Shown: positions 34,837 through 44,569, counted from the stretch's first letter. The stretch: DNA of 64,000 nucleotides from an uncultured Verrucomicrobiae bacterium (GCA_963708525.1 CAVPTH010000009.1:273351-337350), one strand, 5' to 3'. Translations and numbers: made by a program. Notes: generated by a model from the letters alone, not told the origin.

Positions 34837-35463
34837 ATGCCCATTTCCGTCTCCATTGTAGAGGACAACGAAAAGCTGCGCGGGACGCTGGTGCGGGTGA
34901 TGAATCGCGCCGACGGTTTTCGCTGCGTCAGCGATTATGGAAACGCCGAAGACGCGCTGAAAAACCTGCCGCAAGTCCGTCCCGACGTGGTGCTCATGGA
35001 CATCAACCTGCCTGGTATGAACGGCGTCGAATGCGTACGCCAACTGAAGCAACTGCTGCCGCAGACCCAGGTGATGATGCTGACGGTTTACGAGGACACG
35101 GAAAACATTTTCAACGCGCTGGCGGCCGGCGCCAATGGCTACATGCTCAAACGCACCTCCAGCAAGGAACTATTGGAAGCCATTCACGATGTGCAACGCG
35201 GCGGTTCGCCCATGACGATGCACATCGCGCGCAAGGTGGTGCAGTCCTTCCAAAAAACTGCCGCCACGGCGCACCCCACCGAAAACCTTTCTGAACGCGA
35301 ACAGCAGGTGCTCGACCTGTTGAGCCAGGGACTGATGTACAAGGAAATTGCCGACAAGCTCGCCATCAGCTACGAAACGGTTCACACCTACATCCGCCGC
35401 ATTTACGAAAAACTCCAGGTCCGGACGCGGACCGAAGCCGTGGCCAAGTTTCTCCGCCGATAA
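34837..35463 (+). CDS. NarL/LuxR-family response regulator
   Basis: 208 aa. Receiver domain (VEDNEKL ... DVVLMDINLPGMNG ... MLTVYED ... GYMLK) and LuxR HTH (LSEREQQVLDLLSQGLMYKEIADKLAISYETVHTYIRRIYEKLQV). Confidence 0.9.
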   Translation: MPISVSIVEDNEKLRGTLVRVMNRADGFRCVSDYGNAEDALKNLPQVRPDVVLMDINLPGMNGVECVRQLKQLLPQTQVMMLTVYEDTENIFNALAAGANGYMLKRTSSKELLEAIHDVQRGGSPMTMHIARKVVQSFQKTAATAHPTENLSEREQQVLDLLSQGLMYKEIADKLAISYETVHTYIRRIYEKLQVRTRTEAVAKFLRR

Positions 35464-35714
35464 ATCGCTCCTTCTCATTCGTATTCAATCGCTTGAAGAC
35501 AAAATGGGTTTGTGAAGGATATAATCCCGCCTCTGCATGTAACCAGAACTGGTGACTGGCCGGGGACGGCGCTTCCAGTAGATTGATGGCGTCGTTGATG
35601 CAGAAATGCGGTTTATCGTGTGTGAAGTAAGGCGTGGTCCGCAGCGCCGCATCCGATGAAAAGTTCGTGGCGGCGCGGCCATGAACGATGATTTAAGCGC
35701 TTAGTTCTCATTGG

Positions 35715-35745
35715 GAGGCCGGAGTAATCCGGCCTCTTTCTTTTT
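35715..35745 (+). terminator. intrinsic terminator about 250 nt downstream of the response regulator stop
   Basis: GAGGCCGG-agtaat-CCGGCCTC followed by TTTCTTTTT. Confidence 0.7.
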
Positions 35746-35759
35746 CACACTGTCCCTGG

Positions 35760-36566
35760 CTAATCGAGGGCAGGGTGCCGGAGTTTCGGGAAAATGAAGC
35801 CGGCCCGTTTCATGTATTCCCGGTATTCGACACTGTGCTCGGAAAGCCGCACCTCTTCCAGATGCGCCCGATATAGCAGCAGGAAGATATGAATTGGGAC
35901 CAGCATCAGGTAAGCCGGTGAAAAGTTGACGAGCACGAGTCCGGCCAACATAAAAATATAACCCAGATACATCGGATGCCGCACCCAGCGGTAAGGTCCG
36001 TCGATTACCACTTTCCGCACCACGACAAAGATGCCGAAGGACCGTCCGAGAAACAGGACGCTCCAGATCGCCATGGCCGGCCCACAGAGACCCAGAATCA
36101 GGCCGGTGACCGTGAATGGGATTTGCCAATCGGGTGAACTGAGATTTCTCAGCCACAATGCCGGAAACCACCGCGTGGCATTGTAAGTAAGGTTGAAGAA
36201 GGACGCGATCAGGGGAACGATAATGTCACCCGGGGTTTGCGGCGGCACCGCAGCGCGCCGCCCCAGCAGCAACAGGAAGGCAACGAAGAAATTCAGCATC
36301 AGCAAGATGACATGGCGGGCGGCTTCCACGGCCGCGGCACTGGAAGTATTGGGAGGACTCAGCCAGATGAGCCAGAGCTTATGGAATTCGACCCAGGTCA
36401 GGAACAGATAGACGAGAGATAGCCCGTATCTTTCGATATGAACCGTCAGCAACGCAACCTTGGGGCCGAGGGTTTTTACCATAACAATGTCTTTGTTCTC
36501 CGCTCCCATCTTCCGGCGCTGTGTTTGCTCTGCGTTTAACAGCCGGCTCGCCGAGTCGTAGCCCAA
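35760..36566 (-). CDS. isoprenylcysteine carboxyl / phospholipid methyltransferase family membrane protein
   Basis: C-terminal GPYRWVRHPMYLGYIFMLAG ... EEVRLSEHSVEYREYMKR is the ICMT/PEMT signature. Start uncertain; in-frame ATGs at 36509 and 36482. Confidence 0.7.
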   Translation of the reverse strand: MGYDSASRLLNAEQTQRRKMGAENKDIVMVKTLGPKVALLTVHIERYGLSLVYLFLTWVEFHKLWLIWLSPPNTSSAAAVEAARHVILLMLNFFVAFLLLLGRRAAVPPQTPGDIIVPLIASFFNLTYNATRWFPALWLRNLSSPDWQIPFTVTGLILGLCGPAMAIWSVLFLGRSFGIFVVVRKVVIDGPYRWVRHPMYLGYIFMLAGLVLVNFSPAYLMLVPIHIFLLLYRAHLEEVRLSEHSVEYREYMKRAGFIFPKLRHPALD

Positions 36567-36750
36567 AGCATATCTCCAGACAAGAGTTTCGGCCCGCCTA
36601 CGCGCTTTGCGCTACGGCGCGGCAGTCTTCGCTCTCCGCTGCATCAGGCTGGCTTGCTGAGCCGCAGCTCGGAGCGCTGGTGACAGTGATGCCGCTCTCC
36701 CGTCCGCCTTCACTTCGTTTCGGCGCGACAGTCCCGAACGCGTTCGGAGG

Positions 36751-36836
36751 TGGTGGTAGGTGATGGATTCGAACCATCGAAGGCGTAAGCCAGCAGATTT
36801 ACAGTCTGCCCCCGTTGGCCACTTGGGTAACCTACC
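36751..36836 (-). tRNA. tRNA-Tyr (anticodon GTA), CCA encoded
   Basis: The reverse complement GGTAGGTTACCCAAGTGGCCAACGGGGGCAGACTGTAAATCTGCTGGCTTACGCCTTCGATGGTTCGAATCCATCACCTACCACCA folds by hand. Acceptor stem GGTAGGT/ACCTACC. Anticodon stem GCAGA/TCTGC with loop CTGTAAA. Long variable arm. T arm GATGG-TTCGAAT-CCATC. Confidence 0.9.
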
Positions 36837-36890
36837 GACCGTCCCGGAACGTGGGGAGTGCAGATTAAGCCAAAGCACTGCTTTTGTCTC

Positions 36891-36972
36891 AAGTTCAAAG
36901 TTCAACGTTCAGAGCTCAGTGTTGGACGCGGCATCGGCCAACTTTGCACTTTGAACCCGCAACCCGAAACGT
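36891..36972. repeat. hairpin of inverted heptamer arrays AAGTTCA x4 / complementary NNAACNN x5
   Basis: Left arm: AAGTTCA AAGTTCA ACGTTCA GAGCTCA (36891-36918). 19-nt loop. Right arm: CCAACTT TGCACTT TGAACCC GCAACCC GAAACGT (36938-36972). Confidence 0.8.
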
Positions 36973-36985
36973 TTAGACTGGCAGG

Positions 36986-38332
36986 ATGTTCGATTCGTTA
37001 AGCGGCAAGCTCCAGAACGCCTTCCGCAATCTGCGCGGGCTCGGAAAGATTTCCGAGGCCAATGTTGCCGATTCCCTGCGCGAGGTCCGCATGGCGTTGC
37101 TGGAGGCTGACGTGAATTTCAAAGTCGCCCGCGACTTCATCGAGCGCGTCAAGACCAAGGCCATCGGCGCGGATGTCGTCCAGAGCATCCAGCCCGGCCA
37201 GCAAATCATCAAAATCATCCACGACGAACTGGTCGATCTGCTCGGCTCGCAAAATGCCGGGCTGAATTTGGGCGCCAACCCGAGTTGCCTCCTGATGGTC
37301 GGTCTGCATGGCTCGGGCAAAACCACGTCGAGCGGCAAGCTGGCCCGCCTGCTCCAGAAACAAGGCCGCCAGCCGTTGCTGGTGGCGGCGGACGTCTATC
37401 GCCCGGCGGCCATGGACCAATTGGACACGCTCGGTAAACAACTGGAACTGCCGGTTTTTGTGAAACGCGGTGAAACGGATGTTTCGAAAATTGCGCGCGA
37501 AGCGCTGGACTTTGCAAAGGCGAACAGTCGCAATGTGCTGATTTTTGACACCGCCGGACGGTTGCAGATTGACGAGCCGCTGGTGCAGGAGCTGGTCCGC
37601 CTGCGCGACCTGGTGAAGCCGCAGGAAATATTGCTCGTGCTCGATGCCGCCACCGGCCAGGAAGCCGTGAATGTCGCCACGCACTTCGATCAGGCATTGC
37701 AAATTACCGGCTCGATCCTGACCAAGTTGGACGGCGATGCCCGCGGTGGTGCGGCATTAAGCATGAGAGCCGTCACGGGCAAGCCCATCAAGTTCGCCGG
37801 CTTCGGCGAAAAACTGGACGAGTTCGAACCGTTTCATCCCGAACGGATGGCGTCGCGGATTCTCGGCATGGGCGACGTCGTCAGCCTCGTCGAAAAGGCC
37901 GCTGAAGCCGTGAATTTGGAGGACGCCAAACGCCTCGAGGAAAAGATGCGCAAGGGCGAGTTCACGCTGGAGGATTTTCTGGAGCAATTGCGCGCGATGA
38001 AAAAGCTTGGCTCGCTTGAAAGCGTGGTCGGGATGTTGCCGGGCGGCGCGGAGATGCTGAAACAGCAGGGCGACTTGTCGAAACAGGAAAAGGAATTCAA
38101 GCGGATGGAAGGGATGATTTGCGGGATGACGCCAAAGGAGCGCAAAAGCCCGCAAATCCTGAATGCAAACCGCCGCCGCCGCATCGCCGCCGGCAGCGGT
38201 GTGAGTGTAACGGAACTGAACACCATGCTGAACAAGTTCGGTCAGATGCAACAGATGATGAAGAAGATGGGCAAGCTCCAGCGCATGATGGCCAAAATGG
38301 GCGGCGGTCTGCCAGGCATGTTGCGGCGATGA
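36986..38332 (+). CDS. ffh: signal recognition particle protein Ffh
   Basis: 448 aa. MFDSLSGKLQNAFRNLRG start, GLHGSGKTTSSGKLA, DTAGRL, TKLDGDARGGAALS, Met-rich M domain. Confidence 0.95.
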   Translation: MFDSLSGKLQNAFRNLRGLGKISEANVADSLREVRMALLEADVNFKVARDFIERVKTKAIGADVVQSIQPGQQIIKIIHDELVDLLGSQNAGLNLGANPSCLLMVGLHGSGKTTSSGKLARLLQKQGRQPLLVAADVYRPAAMDQLDTLGKQLELPVFVKRGETDVSKIAREALDFAKANSRNVLIFDTAGRLQIDEPLVQELVRLRDLVKPQEILLVLDAATGQEAVNVATHFDQALQITGSILTKLDGDARGGAALSMRAVTGKPIKFAGFGEKLDEFEPFHPERMASRILGMGDVVSLVEKAAEAVNLEDAKRLEEKMRKGEFTLEDFLEQLRAMKKLGSLESVVGMLPGGAEMLKQQGDLSKQEKEFKRMEGMICGMTPKERKSPQILNANRRRRIAAGSGVSVTELNTMLNKFGQMQQMMKKMGKLQRMMAKMGGGLPGMLRR

Positions 38333-38880
38333 CCTGGACACCACGATTGGCATGTGAAAATGACATTCCCGCTTTGGAGGAATTGATTCCTCTGTCTGTC
38401 CGGATTCTACAGGCTGCCCATTATTCATCAGCCCAGATGGAAGCCGCCATTGGCCCTGTCTTTGGTGTTGACCGGCAACTGATCCGCGACGGAACTTATT
38501 TTGTGGTTGAGCACGACAACAAAATTGCAGGCTGTGGCGGCTGGAGTAGGCGGAAAACTTTATTCGGCGGCGATCGTAGACGGACCGGTGAAGACGAACA
38601 GCTTGACCCGAAGCGCGACTCGGCGCGCATCCGGGCTTTTTTCGTGCACCCGACGTGGGCACGACGAGGAATCGGACGAAGCATTCTTACTACATGCGAA
38701 CGCGCTGCATTTGAAGCCGGTTTTCAGAAAGCCGAACTTGTGGCAACGCTGGCAGGAGAACCCCTGTATGCTGCATTTGGTTACACCGTCGCCGAACGTT
38801 GTGAAGCTCCGATGACAGGTGGTTTGAGTTTGCCAGTCGTACGAATGATAAAATATCTCAAAGTGGTGCCCCAACATTGA
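38329..38880 (+). CDS. GNAT-family N-acetyltransferase
   Basis: Start placed at the ATG overlapping the ffh stop (ATGA). RAFFVHPTWARRGIGRSIL is the acetyl-CoA-binding motif A. Confidence 0.75.
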   Translation: MTWTPRLACENDIPALEELIPLSVRILQAAHYSSAQMEAAIGPVFGVDRQLIRDGTYFVVEHDNKIAGCGGWSRRKTLFGGDRRRTGEDEQLDPKRDSARIRAFFVHPTWARRGIGRSILTTCERAAFEAGFQKAELVATLAGEPLYAAFGYTVAERCEAPMTGGLSLPVVRMIKYLKVVPQH

Positions 38881-39406
38881 TTTTGTGTTTCAGGCAATAC
38901 TCACTGTTTTCCACGTATTTTTCCGCCCACCATTTGAGTCCGGCGCGTTCCTTCGGCGTCAGTTTGCGGACAACTTTCGCGGGCGCACCGAGGACGAGTG
39001 AGCCGGGCGGGATTTTCATCCCTTGCGTCACCAGCGCCCTGGCGCCGATGATGGATTGTTTACCAACGACCGCGCCGTCCAGAATCACCGCGCCCATGCC
39101 CACCAGCACTTCGTCGCCGATGGTGCAGGCGTGGACAATTGCACTGTGGCCAACCGTAACCCAATTGCCAATAACGCAGGCGTAATCGTCCGCCAGGTGC
39201 AATACGGCGTTGTCCTGGATATTCGAATGGTGACCGACGATGATGCGGTTGATGTCACCGCGCAAAACCGCGCCATACCAGACACTCGAATACGCGCCGA
39301 GGGTCACGTCACCGAGCACGACGGCAGTTTTGGCAAGATAAACGCCTTTGCCAAGTTTTGGCGTTTTGCGCAGGAACGTGTCGAGTTGTTTATGGACAGT
39401 CGTCAC
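38858..39406 (-). CDS. gamma-carbonic-anhydrase-like hexapeptide-repeat protein (YrdA/PaaY/CaiE family)
   Basis: 182 aa. SVWYGAVLRGDINRIIVGHHSNIQDNAVLH plus left-handed beta-helix repeats. Convergent 23-nt overlap with the GNAT gene. Confidence 0.85.
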   Translation of the reverse strand: MTTVHKQLDTFLRKTPKLGKGVYLAKTAVVLGDVTLGAYSSVWYGAVLRGDINRIIVGHHSNIQDNAVLHLADDYACVIGNWVTVGHSAIVHACTIGDEVLVGMGAVILDGAVVGKQSIIGARALVTQGMKIPPGSLVLGAPAKVVRKLTPKERAGLKWWAEKYVENSEYCLKHKINVGAPL

Positions 39407-39460
39407 ACCGGGAATTTAATCGCGCAACGCGGGAATGTCGCGGATTTTTGCAATTAGAAG

Positions 39461-39533
39461 CGTAGCGGCTTTCGGCAGAAAACCGGAATTTTCTCGTATC
39501 GAAAATGCGGCGCTCTCCCGAGACGCCGCTACG
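39461..39533 (-). repeat. REP-like element with CGTAGCGGC / GCCGCTACG termini, inverted copy
   Basis: The reverse complement is CGTAGCGGCGTCTCGGGAGAGCGCCGCATTTTCGATACGAGAAAATTCCGGTTTTCTGCCGAAAGCCGCTACG. The stop codon of the 39529..41523 gene lies inside its terminal repeat. Confidence 0.85.
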
Positions 39534-41523
39534 GTTGTGATTTTGGCAGCAGTCGCGAAATAATGATCAGCAGCACCGCCACGACAACGGCCAGCATCCC
39601 CCAAAACAACACGCCACCTTTCCCCGAAATTTCGTATTCCCGCCATGAAGGTTTATTGAGCTGCTGCTCAGCACCCAGTGGCACGGTTTTTTTATCGGCG
39701 GCCAATAATTGGCCGGCTACAAGGCTTAAATCATAACGCGGTGGCGGCACGTGCTGATTGCCGTAGTAAAGAAAAAGATCGTCATCGGCTTTCGATTTGA
39801 ACAACACCCGCGTCACGGGATAAGCGGCCGTGAACTTTCCCAGTTCAATCGGCGGGTTATCGCCATTTTCGGTTTCCAGAAACAGCGTGTCGCTCTGCGG
39901 CACGTTATCAAACACCAGCACGAATTCCTTCGATTTGTTGTCCGGTGTCTGGGTCCAGGTTATGTTACCGAGTGGATATCGGTACTTGTCTCCACGGTCA
40001 TCGGTAAGTTCTTCGTAAAGTGACAGCGCGCGCTGAAACAACGGTGTTGAGGAAGCGCAGGTCAGGCGCGTCAGCGGGAGGTTAGCTTGCGGCAGCTTGA
40101 TAAGCCAACGACTCAATTTGGGGTTCTTCGCATCATTTGTCATCATCACCGTCAATGCCAAGGAACGGCTGATGGACGTGTGCTGGACGATATAGGGCAC
40201 CTGATTGCTGCCCCGCATTACACGCAAATCGGAGAAATCCGTCCCGCCCGGGCGGGAGTGCGCGAGTACGTCCAAATCGAGTTCGACCTGCTGCGCGCCG
40301 GCACCGGAGATTTGCAGCGGTTTGCGGAATTTCCATTCAGACGTGTCGAGCGACGCACCAGCCATCTCGATACCGGGCAAGACTTCGGGCGGGTGATACG
40401 CCGGATTGTCCGACGGCGGCGGGATTTCAACCAGCGCGACCGGGACGGATTTCAGGTTCATGCCGAGCGCGGCCAAATCATAGCGCGGCGCGGCGCACCG
40501 GGCGTTGCCGGTTAGCAAATGAAAAGTACCCGGTTGGCGTGCGAGAAACACGAGGTAAACCGGTCGCCGTTCCGCCCGCACCGTCTTGATGGACAACGGC
40601 GGGCTGTCGCCGTTTTTAACGAACAAAATCAGTTCGCGCGAGCGGACCCGGTTTTCCAGTGGCACGGAAAGATTTTCGGACGCGGGCTGGCCCTCGACAC
40701 CGACGCGATAAATCACGCCTTGCCCAATCATCTGTTCGCGAATGGCGTCCTCGGAAATTTGTGGAACGGCGATGGAAATCTGCCGGGTGAAGAGCGGTTC
40801 GGCGGTTTCAATCTGCAGACTGGCGACGTCCAGATTGGCCGCGCCGAGATCCAGCGCCAGCCGGGTTTCGCCGGGATTTTCATCGCGTTCGGCGATGGTC
40901 ACGGGAACGGTTTCCATCGGGGCTGATTCACCCGACGCAGCGTGGACCCGCGCCCCGGTGAACGGGACCGGCTGCGAACGCTGGTCGTCTACCGTCAGCC
41001 GCAGCCATTTAGCCGCGGTCGGCGGAAAGGGAATATCCAAATTCGCCGCGCCATAGGACTGGCGAAAAATCGGCCGGCCCTGGGCAAGTGTCCGCCAGCT
41101 CTTGCCCTCAGCCGAACCCTCGATGCGCACGGCTTTGATGAAATCACCGGCGGGAGTTTCGAGTGTAACGGCGTCGAGCGGTGGCACCAGCCCGGTTTCC
41201 AGCGTGATGACTGTGTTATTGGCGTTGAGCGAAGCCTGGAATGTTTTCGCATTCTGAATAATTTTCGGCGCTGGAACGGGCTGTGCGAGCACGTAAGGAA
41301 TCTCGGTGCCGGCGTCGTCATAAAGACGCAAATCCTCGAGCGCCGGGCGCGCGGCATCCAGCGTTTCGACCGGCAGATTGATTTTTACAAGTCCGGTCGT
41401 CGTGACGTCAAACGTCTGCTCGTGCTGCCAATCGGCCGGCAGATTGACCGCAGCTGCGGAAAAACCCGCCCAGAGGAGACATCCGCAAATTCCAGTTGCC
41501 AGAAAGTTATTGAGATATTTCAT
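39529..41523 (-). CDS. secreted, C-terminally membrane-anchored protein of unknown function (resembles the DUF3999 family)
   Basis: Start moved to MKYLNNFLATGICGCLLWAGFSAAA (ATG at 41523-41521). C-terminal TM helix VLFWGMLAVVVAVLLIIISRLL. Always-paired context with the upstream large membrane protein. Family assignment is from memory. Confidence 0.55.
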   Translation of the reverse strand: MKYLNNFLATGICGCLLWAGFSAAAVNLPADWQHEQTFDVTTTGLVKINLPVETLDAARPALEDLRLYDDAGTEIPYVLAQPVPAPKIIQNAKTFQASLNANNTVITLETGLVPPLDAVTLETPAGDFIKAVRIEGSAEGKSWRTLAQGRPIFRQSYGAANLDIPFPPTAAKWLRLTVDDQRSQPVPFTGARVHAASGESAPMETVPVTIAERDENPGETRLALDLGAANLDVASLQIETAEPLFTRQISIAVPQISEDAIREQMIGQGVIYRVGVEGQPASENLSVPLENRVRSRELILFVKNGDSPPLSIKTVRAERRPVYLVFLARQPGTFHLLTGNARCAAPRYDLAALGMNLKSVPVALVEIPPPSDNPAYHPPEVLPGIEMAGASLDTSEWKFRKPLQISGAGAQQVELDLDVLAHSRPGGTDFSDLRVMRGSNQVPYIVQHTSISRSLALTVMMTNDAKNPKLSRWLIKLPQANLPLTRLTCASSTPLFQRALSLYEELTDDRGDKYRYPLGNITWTQTPDNKSKEFVLVFDNVPQSDTLFLETENGDNPPIELGKFTAAYPVTRVLFKSKADDDLFLYYGNQHVPPPRYDLSLVAGQLLAADKKTVPLGAEQQLNKPSWREYEISGKGGVLFWGMLAVVVAVLLIIISRLLPKSQP

Positions 41524-44500
41524 CTTTCGTTTCCTTGTTCTTTGCCCTGGCGGCAAAAAATTTCTGATATGCGAACGACGCCAGCATGGCGATGATGGCC
41601 ACGCCGACGAAGGCGCCGATGCGGTAAAGCTGGCCCAGCCGCGCCAGGTCATGGAAGAACAGCTTGAGCAGTGCGACACACAGCAGGCCCATCGCCGCGT
41701 AGCGCGCGGCGGTCGTGTTTTTAAGAATGCCACGGACGAGCAATCCCAGCGCGAAGAGCGCCCAGGCGATGGAATAAGTCATGTCTCGCGCGAAATTGCC
41801 GCTGAACTGGAAGGTGAGGGTCGAACCGGGCGCGCTGAAGTAGTCTGCGATCTCGATGTTCAACAGGAGAAACGCCAGCAGGGTGCCCAGGCCGGCAAGG
41901 ATCGGCGGCGCGTTGATTTTAAAAATCTGATTTCGTGGCGGCGCCAGCAGTTTTGCGCCGGCGAACAAGGCTACGGTTACAATACCGTACGCGTACAAGT
42001 ACCAGTTAAAAATGGCTGTGGCGGTGCTGGGATGATAGTCGAGTACCGCGGGATTGAGCGCGAGTCGGACAAAGGCAACGGCGAGCAGCCCGGCGCCGAC
42101 CAGACGCAATCCGGGATGCGGCACGCGATGAAAGAGCCACAACAAGGCGGCCCCTTCGAGCGCCCAACCGATGGTAATCCACTGGCGATCGAACTGGATT
42201 GGGAAAATGAGCGTAATAAAAAAGAGCGCCACGCCACCAAACCAGGCCAGCTGGGTCAGGCGTGCTTTGTTTTCAGCGGAAACGGTTTTCAGCACCACCG
42301 TGAGGCTCAACAAGCCGGGGACGGCAAACGCGGCGGGCAACAGGCCCATGAAGTGATTCGGATAAACGGCGGCCACGAAACGGTGGATGAGGAAAAACTG
42401 CAGTGGACCGGCCATGGCGGCAGCGGCCCAGGGAACAATTTTACTTTTAAATTGCGGCAGGAACAAAAACGGGAACACGGCGAACACGGCGAAAAAAATC
42501 AAATACCACGCCAGCACCAAATCGAGCGGCTGGTTCAGGTTGGACGGATCAAAGCGGTTGAAATGCCAGGCACACTCAAGTGACGTCACCGACACCAGGC
42601 CGATGGCCGGCATCCAGTCAAAGGAGAACAATTTGGTCACGCCCAGCAACAGCACGACCAGCAGCAATGCCAGGCCGAACACCGGCGAGGGATTGATTAA
42701 TGGCAGCCGCAAGGTGGCCATGATGAGCAACAGAAACGGCAAGACGATGGAAAACGCCGGCAGCAGGGCGGCCAAATCGCCCGGTGCGGTGAGGTCGCCA
42801 CCAAATTTAGTTCCCGTCTTCAACGCTTCCGGTTTGAATTTTCTGACCAGCCAGATGCCCGCCACGACGAAAAACACCACAAAGGAGCCGAGCAGGAAGA
42901 AAGTGGTCGGCAGGCCGGTGAGGTCGGAGGGAATTTTGAAAATGAGCGCGCCGGTGGCGGCGAGGGTCAGCAGCAGCACCGCAATTACCGGCAGCAGTCT
43001 GGCGGTCAGCGCCGCGAGCGCGATGGCCAGCAAATCGACGAGCAAAATGAACGGCCAGACGATGAACGAAACCTCGGCGAGCTTGAAAACGGGCACGAGC
43101 ACCAGCGCGAGCGCGAGAATGGGAAAGAGGTGACTTGACCGAGGTGACTTCATAACGCCGTGCTGGCGTTGAAACCACGCGGGCAAAGCCGAATGAAGAA
43201 CGGCGAAAATGAAATAGAATACCAGGCCGGCATTGAGCAATTCGTTCGACAAGGAGTTTGTCGTCCACAAGGTGAGCAATCCGAAAACGGCAAAACCTGA
43301 AATGGAGCTGGCAAAAGAAACCAGTTCATCGAGCCGGGCAACTGCGATGGCGACCAGATCAATCAGGAAAACGAAACCGAACATGAGCCACGGACGCTGC
43401 GCGAGCGGGGAAAAATCCAGAAACCATGCGGTAAATGCCAGGGCGACGGCAACGAGGCCGAGCGACGAGCCGGAAAGCCATGGGTTGATTTGACCGCGGC
43501 TTTTCGCCAGCCCGTTAGCTGCGAGCCAAAGTGCGTTGAACCCGAGCAGGACGGCGAGCGCGATAAAAACTTTGTCGCCGGCAAAATATTGTCCACTGAC
43601 GAAGAATTTCCCGGCCCAGCCGATTTGCAGGACAGCCGTCCCGAGCGCCGCCAGCGCGGTAAGAAAGTGCCAGCGGCGTACGAGCGCGACGACGATCAGG
43701 CCGAGGTCGAGTATGGCAATGTACCCGAACAGGCCGAGGGGATTATCCTGACCAGTCGAAAGCAGGACCGGCGTGAGGAAACCACCCAGCATTCCGAGGA
43801 TGGCGACGACCAGCGCATCCAGCCGGACCGCCAGCAGGAACGCCGTGGTGGTGATGAGGGCCATCAGCAGGAACGTGGGCAAGGGCCCGAAAAATTCAAA
43901 ATGGTAAATGGAGCGGCAGGCGAAGGTAACGGCGTAAAGCACGACGACACCGGTCGCGCACAACGTTTGCGAGAGCACGAGAAAATTTTTCCGCGACATC
44001 ACCACGCCACCGACGAGCAGGCCAAGACCGGCGAGGAACCCGATGGCAACACGCAGTTCCGGGGGGACAAGATTGTTGTCGAACGAATACTTGACGAAGA
44101 ACGCGACACCGAGGAACAGCGCGAATCCGCCGAGCCAGGCGAATCCCTTGACCCCCATGAACTGTTCCCAATTGATTTTCTGCGAGGGCGGGCGAATCGG
44201 TTCCGGCGCGATGGAAGGAGGTATAGACGCCTCGGTTAAAACCGGCTCCGGCCGGGGAGGAAGGGGTGGCGGCGCGGCGGTGAGCGGAGCTTCCGGTTGA
44301 ATGATTGGATGGGGAACGACCATTGGTTTTGGCGGTGTTACCGGAGGCGGGGTAATGATTTCTGCCCTGGGTTCGCGCGCCGTTTCAATCGGCGTCACCG
44401 ATTCGCGCCCGCGTTTCAATTGAAAAACCTCCATTTCGAGCGTGCCCAGACGGCGAGTTAGCTCTTCGATGCGATTTTTGGCGTTGACGGCGCGGACAAT

Positions 44501-44569
44501 CAACCAGACGGCCAGGGCGAGCGGGATTCCGAAAACAACCAAGACGACCAGAGCAATTACGGGTTCCAT
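41507..44569 (-). CDS. very large polytopic membrane protein (resembles the DUF2339 family)
   Basis: 1020 aa. N-terminal TM helix, short coiled coil (RIEELTRRLGTLEMEVFQLK), Pro-rich linker, then more than 20 hydrophobic helices. 17-nt overlap with the downstream gene. Confidence 0.6.
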   Translation of the reverse strand: MEPVIALVVLVVFGIPLALAVWLIVRAVNAKNRIEELTRRLGTLEMEVFQLKRGRESVTPIETAREPRAEIITPPPVTPPKPMVVPHPIIQPEAPLTAAPPPLPPRPEPVLTEASIPPSIAPEPIRPPSQKINWEQFMGVKGFAWLGGFALFLGVAFFVKYSFDNNLVPPELRVAIGFLAGLGLLVGGVVMSRKNFLVLSQTLCATGVVVLYAVTFACRSIYHFEFFGPLPTFLLMALITTTAFLLAVRLDALVVAILGMLGGFLTPVLLSTGQDNPLGLFGYIAILDLGLIVVALVRRWHFLTALAALGTAVLQIGWAGKFFVSGQYFAGDKVFIALAVLLGFNALWLAANGLAKSRGQINPWLSGSSLGLVAVALAFTAWFLDFSPLAQRPWLMFGFVFLIDLVAIAVARLDELVSFASSISGFAVFGLLTLWTTNSLSNELLNAGLVFYFIFAVLHSALPAWFQRQHGVMKSPRSSHLFPILALALVLVPVFKLAEVSFIVWPFILLVDLLAIALAALTARLLPVIAVLLLTLAATGALIFKIPSDLTGLPTTFFLLGSFVVFFVVAGIWLVRKFKPEALKTGTKFGGDLTAPGDLAALLPAFSIVLPFLLLIMATLRLPLINPSPVFGLALLLVVLLLGVTKLFSFDWMPAIGLVSVTSLECAWHFNRFDPSNLNQPLDLVLAWYLIFFAVFAVFPFLFLPQFKSKIVPWAAAAMAGPLQFFLIHRFVAAVYPNHFMGLLPAAFAVPGLLSLTVVLKTVSAENKARLTQLAWFGGVALFFITLIFPIQFDRQWITIGWALEGAALLWLFHRVPHPGLRLVGAGLLAVAFVRLALNPAVLDYHPSTATAIFNWYLYAYGIVTVALFAGAKLLAPPRNQIFKINAPPILAGLGTLLAFLLLNIEIADYFSAPGSTLTFQFSGNFARDMTYSIAWALFALGLLVRGILKNTTAARYAAMGLLCVALLKLFFHDLARLGQLYRIGAFVGVAIIAMLASFAYQKFFAARAKNKETKDEISQ

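Noticed and set aside
36585-36745. GC-rich direct repeat pair (CGCCTACGCGCTTTGCGCTACGGCGCGGCAGTC versus CGCCTTCACTTCGTTTCGGCGCGACAGTC) downstream of tRNA-Tyr
   Set aside because: It is probably another REP-like family, but the two copies are too divergent and short for me to define boundaries or structure confidently.
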